Shown here piece by piece: positions 8,126-17,600 of a stretch of DNA of 64,000 bases; within the stretch, counting starts at the first letter, position 1, and every line of letters begins with the position of its first letter. The position numbers were made by a program, and so were the translations under genes. The DNA is from Xanthobacteraceae bacterium (GTDB lineage Bacteria > Pseudomonadota > Alphaproteobacteria > Rhizobiales > Xanthobacteraceae). A model generated the notes under the pieces. That model did no database searches. It was not told the DNA's origin and was given only the letters and a program-made list of their open reading frames with translations. The stretch is from contig JBEVIH010000031.1 of assembly GCA_040510815.1 (NCBI GenBank), positions 38,033-102,032 on the forward strand. The letters run 5' to 3'.

Positions 8126-10224
8126 CACGCCCCATCGAGCGGCGTTGCCTCGAGCAGAAGGAAGCGCTCGAACGCGACGGACAGCCGATTGGCCGTGGCC
8201 GATGCAACGCCGATCGTCCTGCCGGTGAAGCTGTCGGCTACGGTGTAGCGGCCCTCGCCGAGCCCGCGCAGCTCGACCGGGCCTTCCCAGCGATCGGCGT
8301 AGAACGCGTAGTAGCACCGGCCGTCCTTCGCAATGGCATGGGCTTCGGGTTTGTCGAAGCCGATATCGTAGAGCTCACCGCGATAGCGCCCCTCGGGAAG
8401 CCGCTTCTCGTTATAGAGCGCGATCCATTTGCGCCATTCCGCCTCTCGTGCCGGCGTCAGCAGGAAGCTGTTCTTCGGCTTTGGATCGCGCGGCCAGGTG
8501 AATTTGGTGGAAACAATCGCGCCGATCCCGACCGCGGAGGCGAAATCATTCGCCTTGTCGCTCAGCTCCACATGGTCGCCGGCATAGGCCGCCGAGGGCC
8601 CCATCAGCGCCTTGATCGTCTTGCCCTTGTGGCGGACCTGCCACGACGACTCCGGATCGGAGGCGACCGGCTGGTTCATGTACGGCATGTTGTGAAAGGC
8701 TTGCGCCGTGCCGCAAGGGCAGAGTTCGACCACCGCGTCCGGATCGATCGCGATCGCCTCCGCGTAGATCGCCCTCCAGAAGTCTTGCAGCTTTTCGACC
8801 GACTCCTCGGGCCGCGTGTGCCTGTGCGCCGGATTGTGGCAGGGCGCGACGCCGTTGAGGTGCTGGCCGTCGAGCTTGAGCCCGGCATAGCCCCATTCGC
8901 CGATGACCTTGCGCACCAGCGCCTTGCCCCGTTCCACCGTCTCCGGATAGGCCGGGCACAAATAATAGCTGTCCCACCAGGTCACGTTCTGCACCGCGCC
9001 GTCCTTGTCCAGCAGCAGCAGGTCGGCATGGTCGCGTATGAGATCGCTTGCCGGATGCGCGGCCAGCGGCGCGATCCAGAGCTTGGGTTTGAGGCCCGCG
9101 TCCTTGATCGCCTTGACGAGCGCAAGCATGTCGGCGTCGCCGCGCGGAAACTTTTTCGGGTCGGGCTGCCAGTCGCCCACCGCCCTCTGCCAGCCGTCGT
9201 CGAGCCCGGCCCAGCCGAGCCCGAGCTCCCTCGCCTTGGGCAGCGTCGCCACCACCAGGTCGACGGTGAAATCGCGCTCGTAGCCCCAGGCGCACCAGAT
9301 CGGCGCATAGGCGGCGGCCGGCACCTTGGCCTGCGCCATCCCGCGCTCGGCGAGCAGCCTGCGATAGGCGTCGAGCGTCGCGAAATAGTCGCCGCGATGA
9401 ACGGCCACGAAAGTCTCGAAGGTCGAAAAGCCCTCCCCCGGCGCGAGCGTCAGCGTCCGGTCGCATTCGACCGCGAGGCGCGCACCGGCCTCCGTCATCG
9501 TGAGCGGCAGCGCAACGAGCTTCGGCACCGTTTCGACATGGCCGGCCGCCAGCCCGTAGTCGCGCCGCCAGACGTCGACCACCGGCGTGCCGCCGCCGTA
9601 ATCGGACGCATTCATGCCCATGAAGTTGCGCTGATCGAAGCCGCCGCGCACCGGCTGCACCCAGTCCCGGCGATCCTCGTGCGATGCGCCCGAGAACGAC
9701 CAATAGTCGAGCGCGCCATCCGCCGCCGGCTTGAGGACATGCGCGCCGTTGACCCAGCCTTCGATCCTCACCGGCGCTGTGCCGACGTTGCGATAGGCGG
9801 CGCGCAGCAGCGCAAAGCCCGGGAAGCGATCGTAGAGGACAATGGCGACCTCTTTCTCGATCCCTTCGCCGGCAAGCCCGCGCAGCACATGCCGCGTGCC
9901 GCGGCCGTGCGCGTCGTCCACGGGCTCGCTGCGCCGGTCGAGGAAGGGGAAATGCTCGATGCGCTTGCCGTCCGCGAGCCGCAGCGTCTCGCTGGACTCG
10001 AACTCGGTGAGCGGCTCGATCCCGCCGCCCTGCCGCGCGATCACGCGGCTGCGCAGGCCTGAATCGAACTCGAGACTTATCGCCGCATCGCCCACCTGCG
10101 CCGGCGGCTCGGCCGCCGCTGCCAAGCCCGCGCCGAGGCGGCTCAGCCCGACGCCCGCAACTGATCCGGCCAGCAGCTTGAGGATGGTGCGCCTGCGGGC
10201 GGCTGGCGCGATGCCTTTGGGCAT
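8125..10224 (-). CDS. Tat-exported alpha-galactosidase-family glycoside hydrolase (clan GH-D, GH27/GH36-like)
   Basis: Twin-arginine leader MPKGIAPAARRRTILKLLAGSVAGVGL..AAAA. Motifs GWAGLDDGWQ, KPKLWIAPL and LKLDG are typical of melibiase-type enzymes. The longest ORF would start at 10284. Confidence 0.7.
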   Translation of the reverse strand: MPKGIAPAARRRTILKLLAGSVAGVGLSRLGAGLAAAAEPPAQVGDAAISLEFDSGLRSRVIARQGGGIEPLTEFESSETLRLADGKRIEHFPFLDRRSEPVDDAHGRGTRHVLRGLAGEGIEKEVAIVLYDRFPGFALLRAAYRNVGTAPVRIEGWVNGAHVLKPAADGALDYWSFSGASHEDRRDWVQPVRGGFDQRNFMGMNASDYGGGTPVVDVWRRDYGLAAGHVETVPKLVALPLTMTEAGARLAVECDRTLTLAPGEGFSTFETFVAVHRGDYFATLDAYRRLLAERGMAQAKVPAAAYAPIWCAWGYERDFTVDLVVATLPKARELGLGWAGLDDGWQRAVGDWQPDPKKFPRGDADMLALVKAIKDAGLKPKLWIAPLAAHPASDLIRDHADLLLLDKDGAVQNVTWWDSYYLCPAYPETVERGKALVRKVIGEWGYAGLKLDGQHLNGVAPCHNPAHRHTRPEESVEKLQDFWRAIYAEAIAIDPDAVVELCPCGTAQAFHNMPYMNQPVASDPESSWQVRHKGKTIKALMGPSAAYAGDHVELSDKANDFASAVGIGAIVSTKFTWPRDPKPKNSFLLTPAREAEWRKWIALYNEKRLPEGRYRGELYDIGFDKPEAHAIAKDGRCYYAFYADRWEGPVELRGLGEGRYTVADSFTGRTIGVASATANRLSVAFERFLLLEATPLDGA

Positions 10225-10431
10225 TGTCGCTACTCTATCTGGCGCGCCATGGACAGGCGCCTTCGAATCCTCGGCTCGGGCCATATATGCTCGCAGATTC
10301 CGCTGGCATCAAGGCGGGCAACATTGATCACAAGGCCGAAGGACCTCTGGCTGCCCCGCCCGGTCCCCGTGCCCTGCTCGCATCAGGACCTGTGCTACAC
10401 TCTGGACGAAAGGACATGGCGGACCGAGGTG

Positions 10432-12195
10432 ATGGCGTCGGATTCTCGATTGTTTGACCGCTACATTCGCACGCGGCCCGCAAGCCGACTGCAACTCGTC
10501 GCTCTGGTCCTGCTTTCGCTGGCCGCTTCGACCTTCGTGCAGGCCCGGCAAGGGCCGAGCATCCCGTCGCTCTATTCGGACCGTGAGCCCTTCGTGGCGG
10601 CGATTGAAAAAGAGCGGCCCAAGCAAAAATCCGACGTCAAGTTGACGGGCATCACCGTGCCGCACCACCTGTTGGCGGCGGATCTCATCGCCCGCGGCTT
10701 CTGGGCTGCGTCGGCCGGCTCGTACGATCGCATCATCCTGGTGTCCCCGGATCACTTCAACCGCAGCCGCCGGCCGCTCGCCACCACCCGGCAGGACATC
10801 GAGACGCCGTTCGGCCTCGTTCGCAATGACGACGCGGCGACCGGCCGGCTGTTGTCCAACGACGCGCTGTTCGACGAGAGCGATCTGTTCAAGCAGGAAC
10901 ACGGCATCGCGGCCGTGCTGCCGTTCGCCAAGTATTTCTTCCCGGATGCACGCATCGTCCCGATCGTCGTGTCCTATGGCTCCACCCGCGCGGACTGGGA
11001 CGCGGCGGTCGCAATGCTCGAAGCATTTGTCGAGCCCGGCACGCTGATCGTCCAGTCGACCGACTATTCGCACTACCTGACGCAGCAGCTTGCGGTCCGG
11101 CGCGACCAGGAAACGCTCAACGTCATCGCGGCAAACGACGTAGACATCGTCGCGCGGTCGCGGCAGCCCGACCACATGGACTCGAAGGGCTCCCAGTACA
11201 TCCAGATGCGGCTGCAGGAGGTAAAAAAGGCGCGCGCAACTGTGATCGCCAGCCGCAGCTCAGCCGAGTACAGCTCGATCGGGTCGGCGACCACCAGCTA
11301 CATCGTGACCGTCTATTCGAGCGAGATCGAGGACGGCTCCAAGCTGCAATACGACGACCAGGAGATCGTCTATTTCGGCGGCGATACCTTCATCGGCCGA
11401 TGGTTCACCCGGCCGCTCGCCGATCCGGAGATCGCGCGCCAGGTCGTGGCGAAGGTGCGCGCCGTCACCGCGGGAGCGCCGTTGATCGTCAACCTGGAAG
11501 GGCTGCTGCTCGACGACCCGCCTTACGGCGTGGCTCCCGATCTGCACATGATGCACGCCAGCCTTACGGTGCCGATCCTCAAGGCGCTCAACGTGCGGGC
11601 GGCGGGTCTTGCCAACAATCACAGTCACGACCTCGGGCCGGCTGGTTTGCGCGAAAGCGTGGCGATCCTGAAACGGGCGGGGATCACGCCGCTGCAACAC
11701 ATGCAAGCCGTCGATCTCGGCCGCTTCGGTCTCATCGCGATCAATTTCATCGGGTCACGCGACCACCGAGGCTATCCGGTGGTCAAAAGCCCGGCCGATC
11801 TGCAGTCGCTGTGCCGCATGAAGGCGCGTTCGCCGCTGATCGCGCTGGTGCATTGGGGCGAGGAGTATCACCGCGTCGCGCAAGCCGCCAACTACACCGC
11901 CGCGCAAGCGCTGCACACATGCGGCGTCAACGCCATCATCGGCGCGCACAGCCATCATGCCGCCCAGCGGGTCGAAGCGATGCAGGGCGGCGAGTTTGCG
12001 ATGGTGTTCTCGCTGGGCAACCTGCTGTTCGATCAGCGCGGCGAGCGGGTCTCGAGCGCGCTGGTGGAGCTGCGGCTGTTCAAGCAAGGCACGTTCGCCA
12101 CCCGGCTCGTGCCGCTGCCGAATCTATTCGAGCTTGCCACCGGCGAGATGGCCCGCAAGGCGAGCGGAGAACAGCCCGCAGCTAGCGCTCGCTAG
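10432..12195 (+). CDS. exported fusion protein: MEMO1/AmmeMemoRadiSam-B-like domain + CapA (PGA_cap) metallophosphatase-like domain
   Basis: ATG at 10432 preceded by GAGG. Signal/anchor LQLVALVLLSLAASTFVQA. Memo-like VPHHLLAADLI..ILVSPDHF..QSTDYSHY. CapA-like YFGGDTFIGRW..ANNHSHDLG..LVHWGEEY..GAHSHH. Confidence 0.75.
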   Translation: MASDSRLFDRYIRTRPASRLQLVALVLLSLAASTFVQARQGPSIPSLYSDREPFVAAIEKERPKQKSDVKLTGITVPHHLLAADLIARGFWAASAGSYDRIILVSPDHFNRSRRPLATTRQDIETPFGLVRNDDAATGRLLSNDALFDESDLFKQEHGIAAVLPFAKYFFPDARIVPIVVSYGSTRADWDAAVAMLEAFVEPGTLIVQSTDYSHYLTQQLAVRRDQETLNVIAANDVDIVARSRQPDHMDSKGSQYIQMRLQEVKKARATVIASRSSAEYSSIGSATTSYIVTVYSSEIEDGSKLQYDDQEIVYFGGDTFIGRWFTRPLADPEIARQVVAKVRAVTAGAPLIVNLEGLLLDDPPYGVAPDLHMMHASLTVPILKALNVRAAGLANNHSHDLGPAGLRESVAILKRAGITPLQHMQAVDLGRFGLIAINFIGSRDHRGYPVVKSPADLQSLCRMKARSPLIALVHWGEEYHRVAQAANYTAAQALHTCGVNAIIGAHSHHAAQRVEAMQGGEFAMVFSLGNLLFDQRGERVSSALVELRLFKQGTFATRLVPLPNLFELATGEMARKASGEQPAASAR

Positions 12196-12258
12196 CCTAT
12201 GTTCGGCTGCTTTGCGCACGTAATATTCGCGAGCGCCGCCAAATTCGACGACCAACCG

Positions 12259-14595
12259 CTATCTGAGCGGCTGGCGCTTGATGCCGCTGTCGGTGTCGGG
12301 GTTCGCCTTGTATGGCTCCACCTGGTCGAACAGCGAGCAGTTCTGCTCTCTGCGCTTGAACGTGAATGCGACACAGGCATCTTCCGCCGCGCAGCGCGCA
12401 TTGCATTCCTCCAGCGTTGTCTGCTGGGCGATCAGGTACCCGAAGCCGGAAAACGCCTGGTCGCGATAGCCTTCGATGATCTTTGGGACGCTGGCGCTGC
12501 TCGGCAGCGGCGTTCCCTTCTTCAGCCCGAACACATATTGAGGATCGAGCCGCGTCTCCTTCGCCGAGCTCTTCAGGAAACATGTTTGCCGCCAATTGTC
12601 GTAGGTATAGCCACGACAGCGGGGCTCGGCCCCGCAGGCCTCCTGGCACTCGAACGAATATTTTTTCTGCGACTGCCCCAGGTCGTCGCCCACCAGATAG
12701 TAATTCGAGCGCAAGTCCTCATCGCCCTGCGGGCCCTGCCTGTCGAAGCTCGAGAGAGCGAACCATCGCGGCCGGTAATAGAGAAGATTGATCGGCCGCG
12801 ACTTGATTTCGCGCCCATCCGCCAACTGGATCACGACGCTGAGGTCGTGCGAGGACGACTTCGCGGCCTCGACCGGCAGGACCAAGCGAGCGGTTTGACC
12901 CGCGGCGACCGTGGTCTGGTAGGAGATCGCGATGCGATAGTCCTTGGCGTCGAGCCGCAGCTGTTGCGTCTTCCGGGTGATGATCTCGCGCTGCCCGCCT
13001 TCGCCCTGCTCCACTTCCTGCTTGAGCGCACCGACCATCAATTTGATGTTGAATGGCGATGAGGCCTGTTTCGCTGCCCCCGACGCGTCCTCCCAGACGT
13101 ATTCGAGGTCGCCGGAGACGCCGACCATGATGCGATTCTCATCCAGGGACAGGAGCGGACCCAGGGAGCCGAAAGCGCCCGTCGCCACGACTTCGCGCAG
13201 GCAGGCCGCCCGCTGCTTGCTTCGGCACGGAAAGCCCTCGCTGCTGTTGCGCTTGAGCACGCTCAGGTTGACGCCGGCGGCCTCCAGGTCGCTCTCGAAG
13301 TTGACCTTCACGCTGCGCTCAATCGCGCCGACCGTGTTGGTCCGTCGCGGCGCGGCGCCTGCGGGCGACCTCGGATTGACGAACTTCAATTGCAGCTTGG
13401 CGTCCTTGGCGGCCGACCAGCCGAAGTTCTCGACGAAATAGTAGGGCCGATAGTGTCCCTCATCGAAACTGGATTCCCCGAAAGCGCTGTCCTGCGACAT
13501 CTGAATGGCGGGTTGCAGGTCGGTTACGCTGGAATCGACCTGCAGGTAGACGCCCGCGATCTGAGCTGGCCGCGGCGATCGGTTCTGCACCTCGATCATG
13601 AAATTGAGCGGGACGAACTGTCCCCTGACCAGGGAAAGCACGCCGTAATTGTCGTAATTCTTGCCCTCCTCCTCTCTTTGCGTGAGCTGGATCTCGCCGC
13701 GCCCCTTCCACATGCTCATCAGGCGCCGGTTATCCGGCCGGATCAGCAGCCCGTTGGCTGCATTAGAGACGGCGTACCAGAGATCGCCCTTCTGCAGGTC
13801 GGAGCCGGCTTCGTTGCGTGACGAGACCGGCAGCCGCTTGTCCAGCGTGATCGCGATGCGGATATCGTCGGAGCCGCCGGGCACGCGGGTGCCCGGGGCT
13901 TGCGCCAGACGGATGAGACGCGAGCTTTCGCTTTCCTTGCCGGCGCTCCACAGCGACGTGTACTTGTAGCCGCTCGGCAATGTCGTCGTTCCGCGCCCGT
14001 GCCGCCGGCCGTCGACGAACGGGCCCTCGTAGATCTCGCCGGTCACGTCGATCAGGCGGCCGGGCCCATTGGCCTTGCCCGAGCGGAACTGACCCACGTA
14101 TTCGTCACCGCTCGGCAGCGTCAGCGTGCCGTGGCCGTCCATGCGGCCGGCCTTCCACTCGCCGTCGTAATAGAGACCGGAGCGGGCGAGGTAGATGCCC
14201 CGTCCCTCGATCCGCCCCTCGCGCACGGTGCCGCGATACTCGGCGAACACCGACGACGGGTCATAGGCGGGCTTGCCCTTGATGCGCCAGATAAGGTGCC
14301 CGCTGCCGTTGATCCGGCCCGGTCTCTCGTCGGAGGGCCGATCCGGCGTCCAGATGAAATCCAGATCGCGCGAGGGCTCGGCGTCCCAGACCGTGTACAT
14401 GCGCCGCGACAGCGTGCGCGTCGCTGGATCGAACACCTGCTGGATCTTGGTGCGCCACGCGCCCGGCTCGACCGACGCGGCGCCTGCGAGCTCGGGATCG
14501 CCGATGCCGTCATTTTGTTCTGCCGCGAGCGCGGCGGTCATCGTGGTCGCGAGCGCAAGGAGGCAAACCGAAGTCAGCCTGCTGAAGTCGTTCAT
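12259..14595 (-). CDS. exported MORN-repeat / PAN-Apple domain protein
   Basis: Start at the internal Met (MNDFSRLTSVCLLALATTMTAALAAEQ, a signal peptide) with GGGGAG upstream. It has 4-5 MORN repeats (YDGEWKAGRMDGHG, YVGQFRSGKANGPG, YEGPFVDGRRHGRG..), a roughly 400-aa unassigned middle, and two C-terminal PAN/Apple-like Cys patterns (FECQEACGAEPRCRGYTYDNWRQTCFLK; LEECNARCAAEDACVAFTFKRREQNCSLF). Confidence 0.8.
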   Translation of the reverse strand: MNDFSRLTSVCLLALATTMTAALAAEQNDGIGDPELAGAASVEPGAWRTKIQQVFDPATRTLSRRMYTVWDAEPSRDLDFIWTPDRPSDERPGRINGSGHLIWRIKGKPAYDPSSVFAEYRGTVREGRIEGRGIYLARSGLYYDGEWKAGRMDGHGTLTLPSGDEYVGQFRSGKANGPGRLIDVTGEIYEGPFVDGRRHGRGTTTLPSGYKYTSLWSAGKESESSRLIRLAQAPGTRVPGGSDDIRIAITLDKRLPVSSRNEAGSDLQKGDLWYAVSNAANGLLIRPDNRRLMSMWKGRGEIQLTQREEEGKNYDNYGVLSLVRGQFVPLNFMIEVQNRSPRPAQIAGVYLQVDSSVTDLQPAIQMSQDSAFGESSFDEGHYRPYYFVENFGWSAAKDAKLQLKFVNPRSPAGAAPRRTNTVGAIERSVKVNFESDLEAAGVNLSVLKRNSSEGFPCRSKQRAACLREVVATGAFGSLGPLLSLDENRIMVGVSGDLEYVWEDASGAAKQASSPFNIKLMVGALKQEVEQGEGGQREIITRKTQQLRLDAKDYRIAISYQTTVAAGQTARLVLPVEAAKSSSHDLSVVIQLADGREIKSRPINLLYYRPRWFALSSFDRQGPQGDEDLRSNYYLVGDDLGQSQKKYSFECQEACGAEPRCRGYTYDNWRQTCFLKSSAKETRLDPQYVFGLKKGTPLPSSASVPKIIEGYRDQAFSGFGYLIAQQTTLEECNARCAAEDACVAFTFKRREQNCSLFDQVEPYKANPDTDSGIKRQPLR

Positions 14596-14665
14596 TGCCA
14601 GCTCCCCTGCGGTCGCACGCCGGGTGGCGCAACCCATCTCTTCGCTCGGAATGCAATTTCTAGCG

Positions 14666-17600
14666 TCAATTCTGGGACGCAATGGATACCGGCGCAAGAG
14701 CCTCGATCCGCCGCTGCCATTTGGCCGGATCGAGACCGATCACGTTGATCGCCGACTCTGTTGTCGCCAATGCGATGGCATCGTTTCCGATCCACGCCAG
14801 CCAGGTCGCGGCCCGCTCGCGATCCTTTGCATCGGCCACCGCGGAGCGCCGCGGGAGCGCGCCGAACACCGCGTAACGCTCGGCGCCATCCTCGCGCAGG
14901 CTCCAGACATAGACACGGTTCTCGGAACCGAGCGCGGCGAGCTTGCTCCCGTCGGGGCTGAAAACGACCGCGCGAGGTCCGTCCGTGGTCATGTCCATGG
15001 GGAGCGCCCGCCAGGTGCGTTTGCGCGCGATGTCGTAGACGCGGACATAGCTGTCGCCGCCCGAGGTGGCGAGCCACCGGCCGTCCCGGCTCACCGCCAG
15101 GCTGCCGGCCGCGACCGGATCGCGCTTTTCCGCAAGCGTATAATCCATCGACCCCATCGGTTTGCGGGTGGCGAGGTCCCAGATGCGGATTTCGCCGTCG
15201 GAATCCGTGTAGCTCACGAACAGCGTCTGGCCGGAAGGGTCCACGGCCAGGCCCCATGGCGCTTGATCGGATCCGATCGGCTCGAGGTAGTGCTGGGCCC
15301 GCGTGCCGAATGCCGCGACCTCGATCAGGACCACGCGCTTGTCGCTGTGCAGCGGCATCGCGATCGACCTGTCGTGCTGCGCGAACACGATTCGGGTGTC
15401 CTGATCGGTGTCGATGTCGATCTCCTGGGCCGGTTGCGCAGCGTTCGGCGGGATGAGCGTGATGCCGCGGCTGTCATGCGCGGCGGCGAGCAGGCCGGAT
15501 TGCGCCCAGGCGAGCGCGGCCACTTCCGACTCGTTCGAGGACCTGATCGTCCGCGACAGCGAGCCCGCCGCCGCATCCCAGATGCGAATGCTGCCGTCCT
15601 TGGCGCCGGCCGCCAGCCAACGGCCGTCCAGCGACGTCGCGACCTTGGTGAGCTGCGCGGAGGTCTCCGCGTAGAGGACAAAGCCGGCGTCGGCGTCCTG
15701 GGCCACGCTCCAGACCCGCAAGGTGCCGTCGGCAGCAGCGGAGACGACTTGGTCGCCGTCGGGGGACCAGGCAAGATGGGTGACGCCGTTGGTGTGCCCC
15801 TCGAAGCGCCGGACCGGCGTAAAGCTCGCCGCCCCCTTTGCATCGACCGCGCCCGACCACAGGCAGACGGGTCCGCCCTCGCAAGCGAACGCCAAGTCGA
15901 GTCCCTGCGAGCTCCAGGCCAAGGTCGTTATCGGGGCGCCGGCGAGCGAGGGCTTGGCGATCACCGGTCGGGCCGGATCGCCGGCATCGACGATGACGAT
16001 GTCGCCGTTGGCGTTGCCGGCGGCGAGCCAGTCGGCCGCCGCTGCCCATCCGAGCGCCAGCAATGTGCCGCCGACCTTGATCGACTCGCCGAGGCGGAGC
16101 CCGGCGCGGTCATGGATCGAGACCAAACCATTCGCATCCGCGACCGCGATGCGGGTCTCGTCCGGGCTGATGGCGACGGCCCTCCCCCGCGCGTCCGCCA
16201 GCGGGCGCTCCCGGCACTGCGGCGCCGTCTGCCGGGCAGCGGGAATCGCGCATTCCAAGATGGTGACGTCGCCGTCGATCGACGCCGTCGCGATCAGCGT
16301 TCCACGCGCGCCGATCGCGACCGCGTGTGCGCCCGCTTGCAGCGACTTGGCCGCCGATGCCGGCGTCCACGCCTGCCCCGCCGTGGCGCCGCGCTCGGTG
16401 AGCACGACCGCGCCGTTGTCCAGGACCGCTACGACGCGGTCGGAGCCGAGGCCGCGCATGGCGCGCACGGTCGCCCGGTTGCCGTCCTGGGCGCGGGTCA
16501 GCCGCGGCATCGGCCAGTCGGCTCCGGCGCGGCCGCGGCCGGCTTGGCTCAGGTCGAGCGTCCGCAACGCACCACCGACCTTGGCCGGTGCAAAGACGAC
16601 GGCGTCGCGCGAGCCCCAGGCGATCGCTTCGGCGCCATTGGCGGCGATATCGAAGGTCGCCCGCAGATGCGGCGAAACCTCGAACACCGCGGCGGCGAGC
16701 GCGGAGCGGCTCGCCTCGCTCGGCAGCTCCTTGAACGCCCGCGCCGCATGGTCGATCGCCGACGCCACCTGGCCGTCGTTCAAGTCGGAGCGCGAGCGGA
16801 CGAGCCAGAGCGAAGCTTGCGCCTCCTTGCGAGCCTGCTCCGCCGTTTGCCAGAACTTGGTGGCGACGCCGCCGAGCGCGGCGGCGATGGCGCCGAGCAC
16901 GGCGAAAATCGCAGCCGCCGCGATGGCGCGCCGCTGCCAGCGCCGTGCGGTCTCGGCGCGCTCGGTCGCGCGCTCGGTTTCGGCCTTGGCGCGGGCGAGC
17001 TCCGCCTGGCGCAGCCGCTCCCGCTCGGCGGCGCGCTCGGCTTCCAACCGCTGCGCCTCGTCGGCGGAGGCTTTGATGTAGGCGGCTTCGTCGGCCGAGA
17101 AGCGCGCCGGGTGTGCGGCGAGCCAGGCCTTGGCGCGCTCGAGCAGGATGCCGCTCAACAGCCCCTTGACCTGTTCACCGCCGCCGAGCCGCGCGTAATC
17201 CTCGCGCGCCTTCTCGATCCGCGACCTGCCGATGAGAAACTCCCGCTCCTCCTCCAGCCAGCCGGCGAGCAGCTGCCAGACCCGGAAGATCGCCTCGTGG
17301 GCGACCTCGACGTGGGTGGTACCATCGTCGTCGGGCGCAATGACCAGAAGGCGGGCGTCGGCGAGGCAGCGCAGCAGCCGTTGCGCGGGCGGCGGCAGCG
17401 CATCGAGCTCCGCCTCGTCGCGCACGAAGCCGCCTTCGTCATTGACCTTCACCAGCGCGGGCACGAAGGCCTCGCGCAGCGCGGCAAGCTCCTCGGCGGA
17501 GGGATTGGCGACGTCGAGCGTGGCCTTGGCGGCATCGCGCACCACGACCTCCAAGGGCGAGAGCGGGCCGTCGCGCAGCGCCTCGTAATGGATCGCCATC

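Noticed and set aside
8059-10062. 667-aa plus-strand ORF
   Set aside because: It is antisense to the glycoside hydrolase gene, with an Arg/Pro/Ala-rich translation and no recognisable domains. The minus-strand product has a Tat signal and GH-D motifs.
12180-12196. Palindrome gctagcg-ct-cgctagc at the end of the Memo-CapA gene, considered as a terminator
   Set aside because: A 2-nt centre cannot form a hairpin loop. There is no T tract. It overlaps the last codons and stop, and is more likely a chance or restriction-site-like palindrome.
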